Positions 1-9,613 of a stretch of DNA of 64,000 nucleotides are shown piece by piece (position 1 is the first letter of the stretch; each line of letters begins with the position of its first letter). This DNA is from a virus, in the IMG/VR virus record IMGVR_UViG_3300024054_000269, positions 96,001-160,000 of that record; one strand, 5' to 3'. The position numbers and the translations under genes are program-made. The notes below the pieces were generated by a model. That model ran no database searches. It was not told where the DNA came from and was given only the letters and a program-made list of their open reading frames with translations.

Positions 1-49
1 TTTCAGTTGGACTTGGCGTTTATCATTTTGACGCATTGAGTTATATAAT

Positions 50-328
50 ATGTCAGATATTTCTTTCAAAGACCTTTCAGAAGAAGATGTGAAAGTTGCT
101 TCTGAAAAATTAAGTGAATTTGCTTGTTATGTGTTATGTTTACCAAGGAGCAGACTCAAAGAAGTAAAACTATTTGACATGACAGAACTTAATAACAAAA
201 CAGGTCTTGAATTTATTTGGGACCCGCCATTATCTGAAGAACAAAATTCAAGGTTATTTGAAGTCCTAAAAATTGTAAATACATTACTTGGAGGTTCTGA
301 GTTGCAAAAAATAGATAAAGAAGCATGA
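50..328 (+). CDS. hypothetical protein
   Basis: 92 aa ORF; stop overlaps next start (ATGA). Confidence 0.5.
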   Translation: MSDISFKDLSEEDVKVASEKLSEFACYVLCLPRSRLKEVKLFDMTELNNKTGLEFIWDPPLSEEQNSRLFEVLKIVNTLLGGSELQKIDKEA

Positions 329-528
329 ACCACAAATTTAAAGAGATTTACTGCGGCCAAGACTTTAAAATATTAAAATGCAAAGTTTGTAGCAGTGTGT
401 TTTACAATTTTGATTTTAACATTGACAACAAAAAATATGTAGAATATTCAAAATTCATACATGATGTTTTCAAGTCTGATTCAGAAGGGTGCGATGTAAA
501 ATTAACTAGGGACGTTGTTGAATCATAA
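325..528 (+). CDS. small CxxC protein with shared C-terminal motif
   Basis: CKVC; ends GCDVKLTRDVVES. Confidence 0.65.
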   Translation: MNHKFKEIYCGQDFKILKCKVCSSVFYNFDFNIDNKKYVEYSKFIHDVFKSDSEGCDVKLTRDVVES

Positions 529-736
529 AAAGATAAAATGCTTAGAATGCGGACGTAGTTCGTCCAGGTATTTTATTGACAGACATCCAAAATATTTTCG
601 GTTGCTTAGTTTCTGTTTTATACACGCATCAACAAGAAAAAATTATGCATCAAGAGATTTGCAACTTTATATGTTATACGGATTATATGAAATAACAAGA
701 AATGAATTTTTATCGTACGAGGTTTTAGAATCGTGA
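515..736 (+). CDS. small CxxC protein with shared C-terminal motif
   Basis: CLEC; ends RNEFLSYEVLES. Confidence 0.6.
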   Translation: MLNHKKIKCLECGRSSSRYFIDRHPKYFRLLSFCFIHASTRKNYASRDLQLYMLYGLYEITRNEFLSYEVLES

Positions 737-1038
737 CAGATCATGGTCCATATCGTACAGCAGCAATTGTTGTGCGACACAGCAGGCCAAAGCGAACCAT
801 ATCAGGTCGATTTCGTTCGTTGCTTCGTCGTTTTGCTGTTCGTTGGTATGGAAAATTTCTTATTAGATATCCAGTTAAATGCCCGACATGCAACAAACGA
901 AGTTGGAATCCGCACGCTATCCGTCGCAATGGTCCTGGCTTGCTTTCAGCTGGTGATTATTCAATAAGAGCTAATCGTTATCGGTGTGGTCATGGTGGCA
1001 TGCGTGTTGGACTCAGTGGAATGGTCAGATTAGGATGA
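733..1038 (+). CDS. basic hypothetical protein, possible Zn ribbon
   Basis: CPTC...C motifs; coupled GTGA/ATGA overlaps with both neighbours. Confidence 0.5.
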   Translation: MTDHGPYRTAAIVVRHSRPKRTISGRFRSLLRRFAVRWYGKFLIRYPVKCPTCNKRSWNPHAIRRNGPGLLSAGDYSIRANRYRCGHGGMRVGLSGMVRLG

Positions 1039-1421
1039 AACGCGCTTTTTACTTTGGTTCTTTAGGTTACGGTCACTTTTTGCACGACGATACTGGCAGA
1101 AGCCGATTGAAGCCAAAAGTGCTAGACGTCAACTTCCCATGGGAAATGGAACTATTAGACACAGGCCTACTCAAAAATGGTAAAGTGCCAGACTGGCCAG
1201 ATGGCCGTGTCTTCTGGACATGCGGTAAAGATGCACAAGCTCACCTTTGGTTTGCTTTCTTTTGGTGGGATCGTTCAGGTGACAAACGTCCTGGTTCAAA
1301 TTCTGGTTTTTACGTAAATGGGTTTAATTTTAATGAACGTAACGAAGCATTTGAATTTGCATGCAAAGAATGGCCGTCAGTTATCAAACGTCAAGAATTT
1401 CCATTAATGTTGCAACCATAG
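1035..1421 (+). CDS. phage hypothetical protein
   Basis: Trp-rich, WWDRSGDKRPGSNSGF; likely start ATG 1035 (overlaps upstream stop) rather than 984. Confidence 0.55.
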   Translation: MKRAFYFGSLGYGHFLHDDTGRSRLKPKVLDVNFPWEMELLDTGLLKNGKVPDWPDGRVFWTCGKDAQAHLWFAFFWWDRSGDKRPGSNSGFYVNGFNFNERNEAFEFACKEWPSVIKRQEFPLMLQP

Positions 1422-1629
1422 TTATGCCACCAGAAATTGTTAATCTTATTAAACACAATAACTATTTCAGTTTTCTTTGATTGTTCTCTAAGTTTTTAAG
1501 CAATCATTTTATATATTGTTTTACAATTATTTCTGCTAGGTTTTTCTTAATTGTGTTTTGTTCCATACAAACATTTATCAGTATCGTCCTGTATATCATC
1601 TCCTCTTAATCAGTCGAGACAATTGAAAC

Positions 1630-4224
1630 ATGGCGTATAAGAATCTTGGCGCTGGGGTAAGTCAAACTCCACAAAGCATACCAGCTGGTGATCAATTTTC
1701 TGGTGAAGACAAAGCTTATGAAAGTTTAGTTATTCAAGATACTAAGCCGGTAATCGATTGGGAGTTGAATTTACTTGGTGAAATCAAAGGCGACTATGGC
1801 TATCAACAAAGCAACCAAAGACTTCTTCCATCAGTCTGGTTACTTGGTGACTTTCAAGAAAAATCTGATATATCAGGATCTTACGAATTTCTTTCACCAA
1901 TAGTTGGTAATGAAAACAAATTCAGGATCAAAGGATCAACTCTTCAAATCAACGGTTGGACCGTAAAATTTGAATATTCTGACATATCGACATCTGATTT
2001 AAACGAAATAACCGTCCCAGCTCCTCCTGTAGCCGGTACAAGAACTGATTTGGTTGTTTTGGAAATTTGGAGAGCTTTACTTTCTCCATTTCCATCTGTT
2101 GCCAATAAGAGTCCAACCGGACTAATTTTAAGGCATGGGAACGTAAAAGCACCTGATGCCGTTAATTTTGTTGATGATTTAATAGACCCAACTTACACGC
2201 TTGAATCGACTAAACGTGTTCAAATTCAATATAGATATAGAGTTATTCAAGGCGTTAACATTACGACCTATCCAGACGGACTTGACGATCCAGTAGTTTT
2301 TGCTAATTCAGTCTCAGATTTTTCGGGTCCTGGCGCCGACGGTTCCGTAACGATTTATAATTATTCAGCCATGTCTGGCGATTCAGGACTATGGGTTGCC
2401 GGGACTGGTAATGCAGCGTCTGCCACGGCTATTGGAACAGTCGATGGTTACATGTACGCAATACCAATTTGTGCAGTTTTTAGAAGAAATACAACCGCGT
2501 TTGACAGAACATTGAATTTAAATGGTGGGTCAGCGATTTTATCAGGAACATCAACAAGGCCTGACGGACTATTCAATGATCAAATAGCAATAAACGATGT
2601 TAAAGACTTAAGAAAGACTGTATTTTTTGACTTTCTTCAACCATTGCAAAAAGGATCGCAACAGTTATTAAATAACAACCTTTCAACAAATCATGAAACT
2701 CTTTCTGGAGTAACTGGAACATCAGTCTTAGTTAAAGATGATATAAGCTTAACTGGTGTCATGATAAGTTCTGACCAGGTTAGGTTTAGATTTAGTGATA
2801 GATCAATCACAGAAAGGATAACGGTAAGAGTTGATGTTGGCGGCGTTGGGGTAGCGTTCATACCGTTATCACTAGCAGCATTGCCAATAGCAACTGATTC
2901 AACAATAACCACGGTTAACGTTGTAGCAAATTCACCACCTACAACAAAATTTTCTGGTGTTGGTGAAATAAGAGTTGTTGATTTTGTTGGAATTACTGAT
3001 ACTCAAGTTGTTTTTGGTGCTGGTGCGAATGACATATCATCAATATCAATTATTCCAGCCGCGATACAAATAAATTTTAACGTTTCGTCATTGACTAATG
3101 TTTCATACTTTATTATTATTGAAATTGAATATCCAATTGGTTCTGGTCTTTCAAGGAATTTTTTAAATGGTTATGAGTTGTGGACGCCAAACCCAGGTGG
3201 TGGCGTAGGGCAATTGCCAGTATGGGCAACAGCTGCGCAATTTACAACTTCACCAGTGCCAAGTGATGTAAATAGATCAGAATTGTCAACAACACGTTGG
3301 AGCACTGATCGTCTTCATAGAGAGTTATCTGTTTCGTTGCTTACAACAACTCAAACTGTTTCATTTCCGGCTGCAACCACAACTACAGTAAAAATTCCAG
3401 AGAGAATAGATTCGGTTGTATCATTAAATGGTGGTGCGTTAGCTGTAGTTGGTTTCACATATAATGAACCATACACAACAATAACTTTTTTCCCAGCCGT
3501 AATTTTACCAAGTTTAATAACTGTTGACTATGTTGCAATAAGGGCTTTACCAGTTGTATCCGGAGCGCCAGCTGATTCATATCAAATTTTCTATGAATCT
3601 AGAGCTATTCAATCGTTAGACGTCCCAGCTGGGAATGTTACTCTTGATTTAATACCAAGGTCGATACTAAATGAATTAGCTGTAATGCAAGTCGGTTCTG
3701 GTAGCCCGGATGATTGTTATCCATATATTGACCCTAGTAGCCAAATACCGGTGTCAGCAACACCGTCGCCAAATTATCCAGAAGCCAGACTTAACTCTCT
3801 TTCAATTATGTCTATTTCTAGTTTTTCATCTAATTTTGGTTTTGCACAATTAGGGACAGTTATTCCATATTCACCAGACACTGGTGAAGTTGTGTTGGAA
3901 CGACAAGCTGGTGATAATGATATAGATGCTGAAGGCAGACATTTTTGGGCACGTGGCGATGCATCATTCTATCTTCCATCAGCGTATACACTTCCAATTG
4001 CTGGTCCAACTAGACATAAAACCGCGTTATTTACAATTATGGAGTTAAAATCTGATTTTGCGTCAATTGGTAGAAAAGGAACTCTTGTGTTAGTTGTGTT
4101 TTCAACTTGGAATGAAATAGTAACTTCTAACAGTATAACATTGTTAAGTGTTCCAAGTGGAACTGGTGCATCGGTTTATAGATTAAGAGGTAATCCTCTT
4201 AACCCACACAGGACTAACACATGA
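1630..4224 (+). CDS. large virion structural (tail/baseplate) protein, paralog A
   Basis: 864 aa, beta-rich S/T/V/P composition; shares TKRVQIQYR, GTVDGYxYAIPxCAVFRRN and RPDGL..DQIA..D..DLR blocks with 4940..9601. Confidence 0.7.
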   Translation: MAYKNLGAGVSQTPQSIPAGDQFSGEDKAYESLVIQDTKPVIDWELNLLGEIKGDYGYQQSNQRLLPSVWLLGDFQEKSDISGSYEFLSPIVGNENKFRIKGSTLQINGWTVKFEYSDISTSDLNEITVPAPPVAGTRTDLVVLEIWRALLSPFPSVANKSPTGLILRHGNVKAPDAVNFVDDLIDPTYTLESTKRVQIQYRYRVIQGVNITTYPDGLDDPVVFANSVSDFSGPGADGSVTIYNYSAMSGDSGLWVAGTGNAASATAIGTVDGYMYAIPICAVFRRNTTAFDRTLNLNGGSAILSGTSTRPDGLFNDQIAINDVKDLRKTVFFDFLQPLQKGSQQLLNNNLSTNHETLSGVTGTSVLVKDDISLTGVMISSDQVRFRFSDRSITERITVRVDVGGVGVAFIPLSLAALPIATDSTITTVNVVANSPPTTKFSGVGEIRVVDFVGITDTQVVFGAGANDISSISIIPAAIQINFNVSSLTNVSYFIIIEIEYPIGSGLSRNFLNGYELWTPNPGGGVGQLPVWATAAQFTTSPVPSDVNRSELSTTRWSTDRLHRELSVSLLTTTQTVSFPAATTTTVKIPERIDSVVSLNGGALAVVGFTYNEPYTTITFFPAVILPSLITVDYVAIRALPVVSGAPADSYQIFYESRAIQSLDVPAGNVTLDLIPRSILNELAVMQVGSGSPDDCYPYIDPSSQIPVSATPSPNYPEARLNSLSIMSISSFSSNFGFAQLGTVIPYSPDTGEVVLERQAGDNDIDAEGRHFWARGDASFYLPSAYTLPIAGPTRHKTALFTIMELKSDFASIGRKGTLVLVVFSTWNEIVTSNSITLLSVPSGTGASVYRLRGNPLNPHRTNT

Positions 4225-4871
4225 TTAGGGCAGTAATTGCTGATGACATAGGACCAGCCGATGGAACAATTAATGCAATACACGATTCAACTATAACATC
4301 ACAGATAAACGGGTTCTACATAATAGAACTGCCAAATAATTTTGATTATAGTACTGTTCCGTCAACAGTAGAAAATTTAATTACTGCAAAGGATAATGCA
4401 TATCTTGCGGCCAATCCAAGCTTTAGTAACGCAAAATCTACAGAATTTTTAAGTTATTATGAATGGCCATCTATTGTCAATTCAGATATGATTTATTATG
4501 GTGATAATAAATTAACTGGTATAGAAACTGGTGGGCAACTAACTACTATAGGTGTAGTAGTTCCAGCCACAACTGATTATTTTATACATTTAGATTTGTT
4601 TAGAATATATTCAATAAAGGATACTTCAACAACAAATCCGTCATTAATTAAAAAATATTATAACTTTGACGGAACAACCGCGCAAGAAATAACGGCTTCA
4701 ACGGCCGTTACTGTTGAATTGGATGACGGCGGTGGTTCTGGGTTTCAATTCATATCACTTGATACATCATTTCCAGCACCAAGTGGCGGGTCACGTACTC
4801 AGGCCAAATTGAGAATTACACCTACTGGTGCTGGTTTAATGGTTTCTAGTATAACTATTTTGACGGTATAA
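4221..4871 (+). CDS. putative virion structural protein
   Basis: 216 aa beta-rich ORF coupled to upstream gene within structural operon. Confidence 0.55.
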   Translation: MIRAVIADDIGPADGTINAIHDSTITSQINGFYIIELPNNFDYSTVPSTVENLITAKDNAYLAANPSFSNAKSTEFLSYYEWPSIVNSDMIYYGDNKLTGIETGGQLTTIGVVVPATTDYFIHLDLFRIYSIKDTSTTNPSLIKKYYNFDGTTAQEITASTAVTVELDDGGGSGFQFISLDTSFPAPSGGSRTQAKLRITPTGAGLMVSSITILTV

Positions 4872-4939
4872 TGGAAAGCTGGATAGATCCCTTATGTCCT
4901 GCTTAAGCTGAACCGTCTATTGGCGGAGATCTCTATATA

Positions 4940-7900
4940 ATGGCTACAAACGAGCTGGGCGCTGGAGTTTCGAGATACTTAGATGGGCGTGATGCCCAGT
5001 TTGCTTTCGTGGTCTATCAATTTAACAGGCCACCGCTTGACTCAGAGTTAAACCTAACTGGTCTAGCTGAATTAGAGACAAAAGCTGAGTCAATCAGATC
5101 CAGATATCCGTCTGGATGGTTAATGAATGAATTAAGTCCAAAGAGTGACTTTGGTACAAACTCTAACTATTCAAATTTCTTTTATTTTGGAAGGAATACA
5201 ACAAATGAGACTAGGAACCCATCTTGGGCTATAGTAAATGGCTGGCTTGTGCCAGTTACAGGAACTAGAACTGGACAACCGCCATTAAACCCAAACAATT
5301 CAGATACGCATAACAAAATAGAACTTAACCCACCTAGTACTTCAACTGGCGGAAGTAAGGCAGAATTTGTATTTCTCGAAGTTTGGTTGCAGCGCATAGA
5401 TGTTGACCCGCCTTCTCCTGCGATAGCACCCGGAAAACCACAAAGAGGTTTCCTTTATAGATTTGGAAATGTCGAATGTGGATTTGACAATCTCCCAGAC
5501 GGACTGTTAGACCCAGATCTTAATTTTGAAACAACTAAACGCGTACAAATCCAATATAGAATTAGAACAATCCAAGGTGTTAATTTAATTCAATATCCAG
5601 AAGGATTTGACCCAGTAACAGTGTTAGCACAAGGCCCGTTATCATCTCCATCAACAATTCCGTTTGAAAACATGAGGGAAGACCTTGGTGATCCAGGTCT
5701 TTGGAGAGCCGGAACGGGTGACCCGACTACGTTTGGAACAGTTGACGGATATGTTTATGCCATACCATTGTGCGCAGTATTTAGAAGAAATGGTGCTGGG
5801 TTCAACGATGTAGGTAATCTTGCTGGCGCATTTAATAGGAATAGCATAGCTGTAGCAAGGGAAGATGCAACGAGTTTTACAGCTGTTCCGCAACTTCCAG
5901 CTACAATATCAGAAACAGATACAGTTTTAAATTTTACAAGCATAACTGGGACTGTTCTTGAGACTATAAATTCATTTGGGGAGGCGTTTTTTAGAATAAA
6001 CCAAGAAATTGTGCGCGTAACCAGTGTTGTTGATACTGGTGCAGTTTTCCAAGTCACAATAGATCGTGGGCAACTTGGAACAACAACCAGATCACATGAT
6101 TCTGGTACAGATATGGTTTTATATACGGTAAGACCAGACGGTCTATACGCTGATCAAATAGCAGTTACTGATATATTAGATCTGCGCCATGCCGTGGCTG
6201 ATCATTTCGATTATACTGAGATTTTAAAAACTAATCTTGTTTCGCTCATGAAAGGTGAATTGAGAACAACTTGGAAAAGATTTGGGTCATCAAATCCAGC
6301 TGGTCCAGTTGTTTTGTATGGGGATAGAATTACAGATTCTACAACATTTGTTGGTGGTTTATCTCGTCTTGACGCCCCAAACGGCAACAGACGTGCGTTT
6401 TCAGATTCAATTGTAACAGAGCGTTATGTTGTGTCTGTGCGTGCTCCGACAAATACAACAAATGATCCAACCGTATCTCTTTCTCCATTACAAATTGCAG
6501 TTGTTCCGTATAACATTGAAGTTCTGTGGACAGCTTCGGCGACTGGCCGACCTGGTGCTGGTACTGCTAGCCCAGCCGCCAGGAATTTTGCTAGCGTTCC
6601 ATATTGGTTTAATGGCGATGAAATAACTGTCCAACTTTCAGATTTTCAAGTTGGTCTGCCAGCAAGCGATGCTGACCAGGTTAGATTTGTTTTAGCAACA
6701 GAAGACGCTGATGCAGTTGTCCTTCATTTTGAAGGTATGACATCTGATCCAGCCGGTGGCGAGCCAAATAGCCCGGCAACTACTGCACCAACCACAACTA
6801 ATCCGACTCTTGGCGTTGCGATTGCCGGTAATAGAATTTTGAAAAATGGCCAAGGCATAACTGTAACATTAGATGGTAGCGGCAATCTAAAAATAACATT
6901 TGACAGTGGAACAGCTGGAACAGCTTTACAAGAGTTTACTGATGCGTTGCAAGGATCAGTTGACCCAGCGTTTGCACAAAACATTTTATTACACATACAA
7001 TTTTCGGTAGTTTATGGATCAGGCAGAGGTCTTTCGCATAAGCCTGATTATGTGCACGCAGCTCAATATTTAGGCACACCAACGAACACGTCAAAATTTA
7101 TGTTACGTCCTGGTCTAAATGGAAAGAACAGGATGGTCCCAACGTATGTGTGTGAATCGCCACTTGTACAAACTGGCAGATACAGACATTTGGCAGCAAC
7201 TTCTGAAGTTATGGTTGATACTGGATCAAAGACTGTTTACGTTGCACCATATAGAAATATCCAAATACAGAAAACTCTGGTTAGAAATGGGACTTCGTCA
7301 TTAAATTGGTATTACCCAGGACCAACATTCCAAGGTGGGATGCCGACTCTATCGCAAGACGGTTCCTCAGTTATTTACACAGTTGTAGACCCATTGAATT
7401 TGTTCCATAACGGTGGTGATACCAGATACGTTGACATACCGTTTGAGTATGCTTTAAGACCTGGGCCACACCACGTTCCAATAATACCTACAACAAATAG
7501 TGTTTTCCCGTCCGGAATCAACTGTTTCTTGATGGCTCAAGAAGGCTTGGTTGCTAACACATCTCTTTATAATCCGCATCTGGTTGCTTATCCAGCTAGC
7601 AGGCCCGGATATTATATAGCAATTCCAAATACATCAATTGGAGAGGCTTATGGTGCTTCTTTAGGAAGCTACACAATTTTTGGTCAAAGATACACAAATA
7701 GTAACATAAGATCAGAAAACGGCGGTCCATTCAGAGGAATACAATTTCCTCCATATATGGCACCTGCAAGAATAACTGGCATATACGCTAGAATTCCACC
7801 TGCTGCAGAACCAACTTTATCACCATTCGACAACAACCGTGTTTTCATAAATGCGCCTGGAAGCGACGAAAATTTATTGAAGGATGATTTTGACGGACCA

Positions 7901-9601
7901 ACTTTCTTGTTAGATGTCAATGAAGAAGGAGACGTGTCGTTTGTATTAAACGCAGACGTTATAGATTTCACAAAACTTTCGCCAGGATCAACATTTGATA
8001 ATACTTATTTCTTTGTTGAATGCACTTTGTTTGCATTTGACCGTGGATTCGGTCAAACTAACGCAAGATTGCTTACAACAACTTCCGGGTTTGGCGGTCC
8101 GTTGGCCGTAAACAATTTTATTAATTCAACTGACGGATTCATCGGCTTAATAACACCAGCACCATTGACTCTTAATTCTAATAACAATGAACTTACTGTT
8201 TATTATAGCAGAATGCCATATCAGGGCGACGCATTTGGGACGCAAGGCGCATTTTCTGATGATGTTCAAAGATTAGGCCCACTATCAGTATCAGAAGCAA
8301 ATTCGATACATAATAACCCAACTACTGAAGACACGGCTTCATATCCAAATAAAGCAGGTTATGAAGTTCTTGCATCACAAAGTTTTGTAACGACAATGGG
8401 AACTGGTAGACTTTCAGGACCTGTTATTATTCCATTACTAGAACCACAAGACAACCCAGACCAGGTTACTGATTATGAAGGGACTTTAGTTGACGTTACA
8501 AGAAGATTTTCTTTGAACAGGGTTGGGTACGAAAATTGGGCTACACCTAAATTCCCAGTTCTCTCAAGTTCATTTGCTGCAAGACCGTCAATTAATCTTG
8601 GGGCTTTGTCTGAGATTTTTGATTCTGATACACACCCAGACTTTTCTGGGAGTATTGCGCATCTCCCACTTGGAATTTATTTCAGAGACAAAGACTTCAT
8701 AGGAAAAGTTCTTTACCAAGTAAAAACTCACAGTGGCAATGCAGCAGTAAATCTTGGAACTTTGTCTTTGACAGATACATTCGCACCTACTTTCCAGGCC
8801 CCGTATGGAAGAACAACTTGGGAGGGTACTGAATTTGTGGTTGGGAATTCATCTGCAACAATTGGAGCCGGCGGAGAAGCAATAATCAAAGTTGATGGAA
8901 CAACAACTACAAGCGATAACACTAAATTCAAAGTAACACGTGGATCAGCTGCTTATTCAGCATCAGGTGATCATCCAGGCGGGCCAATAGCTGTTAGATT
9001 CCCGAAGTCAAGACCAAACACAGATGTTGGTTCAGTTTTAGTTGGAACAGCCTATTTAGTTAGATCACAACCTGAATCTGTTGGCGGATCAGAGATTCAC
9101 CAAGGCCACGAGTTGCAAATGATAATAGCAACACAGGCCATACCAGCTTATTTCAAAGAAACAAATCTTGAACACTCAGCAAATGGAACTTCTGAAGGAT
9201 TCTCAGCAATTGATAGGTTCAGGTGTTTAGGTCATCCATTAGAGAAGCGAAGGGGAGACATAGATACATCTATGTCTCCAACTCGTACTCCTATATTTAA
9301 AACCCAAATAACAAGTAACGACATAGAATTTGGATCAGGTGACCTTCCACTCATAACTGTCAAACAGGAAGTTTTGCCTGTTACAGTTAATGGGCAAACA
9401 GCATTTGTTTTGTCGTTGCGTCCAGCAGACGTTACGACTGTGCAGTTATTTGCACGCGGTGTCAAATTGACTTATGGAACTGATTATACAGTTGGTGGGT
9501 TTGGGTTATCTGATCAAGACGTTACATACATACCATCATTCCCTGATAATCCGCCGTTGATAACAACTGACACCGTAGAAGCATTTTATGTTGTTCTATG
9601 A
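4940..9601 (+). CDS. large virion structural (tail/baseplate) protein, paralog B
   Basis: 1553 aa; N-terminal region clearly paralogous to 1630..4224. Confidence 0.7.
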   Translation: MATNELGAGVSRYLDGRDAQFAFVVYQFNRPPLDSELNLTGLAELETKAESIRSRYPSGWLMNELSPKSDFGTNSNYSNFFYFGRNTTNETRNPSWAIVNGWLVPVTGTRTGQPPLNPNNSDTHNKIELNPPSTSTGGSKAEFVFLEVWLQRIDVDPPSPAIAPGKPQRGFLYRFGNVECGFDNLPDGLLDPDLNFETTKRVQIQYRIRTIQGVNLIQYPEGFDPVTVLAQGPLSSPSTIPFENMREDLGDPGLWRAGTGDPTTFGTVDGYVYAIPLCAVFRRNGAGFNDVGNLAGAFNRNSIAVAREDATSFTAVPQLPATISETDTVLNFTSITGTVLETINSFGEAFFRINQEIVRVTSVVDTGAVFQVTIDRGQLGTTTRSHDSGTDMVLYTVRPDGLYADQIAVTDILDLRHAVADHFDYTEILKTNLVSLMKGELRTTWKRFGSSNPAGPVVLYGDRITDSTTFVGGLSRLDAPNGNRRAFSDSIVTERYVVSVRAPTNTTNDPTVSLSPLQIAVVPYNIEVLWTASATGRPGAGTASPAARNFASVPYWFNGDEITVQLSDFQVGLPASDADQVRFVLATEDADAVVLHFEGMTSDPAGGEPNSPATTAPTTTNPTLGVAIAGNRILKNGQGITVTLDGSGNLKITFDSGTAGTALQEFTDALQGSVDPAFAQNILLHIQFSVVYGSGRGLSHKPDYVHAAQYLGTPTNTSKFMLRPGLNGKNRMVPTYVCESPLVQTGRYRHLAATSEVMVDTGSKTVYVAPYRNIQIQKTLVRNGTSSLNWYYPGPTFQGGMPTLSQDGSSVIYTVVDPLNLFHNGGDTRYVDIPFEYALRPGPHHVPIIPTTNSVFPSGINCFLMAQEGLVANTSLYNPHLVAYPASRPGYYIAIPNTSIGEAYGASLGSYTIFGQRYTNSNIRSENGGPFRGIQFPPYMAPARITGIYARIPPAAEPTLSPFDNNRVFINAPGSDENLLKDDFDGPTFLLDVNEEGDVSFVLNADVIDFTKLSPGSTFDNTYFFVECTLFAFDRGFGQTNARLLTTTSGFGGPLAVNNFINSTDGFIGLITPAPLTLNSNNNELTVYYSRMPYQGDAFGTQGAFSDDVQRLGPLSVSEANSIHNNPTTEDTASYPNKAGYEVLASQSFVTTMGTGRLSGPVIIPLLEPQDNPDQVTDYEGTLVDVTRRFSLNRVGYENWATPKFPVLSSSFAARPSINLGALSEIFDSDTHPDFSGSIAHLPLGIYFRDKDFIGKVLYQVKTHSGNAAVNLGTLSLTDTFAPTFQAPYGRTTWEGTEFVVGNSSATIGAGGEAIIKVDGTTTTSDNTKFKVTRGSAAYSASGDHPGGPIAVRFPKSRPNTDVGSVLVGTAYLVRSQPESVGGSEIHQGHELQMIIATQAIPAYFKETNLEHSANGTSEGFSAIDRFRCLGHPLEKRRGDIDTSMSPTRTPIFKTQITSNDIEFGSGDLPLITVKQEVLPVTVNGQTAFVLSLRPADVTTVQLFARGVKLTYGTDYTVGGFGLSDQDVTYIPSFPDNPPLITTDTVEAFYVVL

Positions 9602-9613
9602 TGAGGAAAGACA

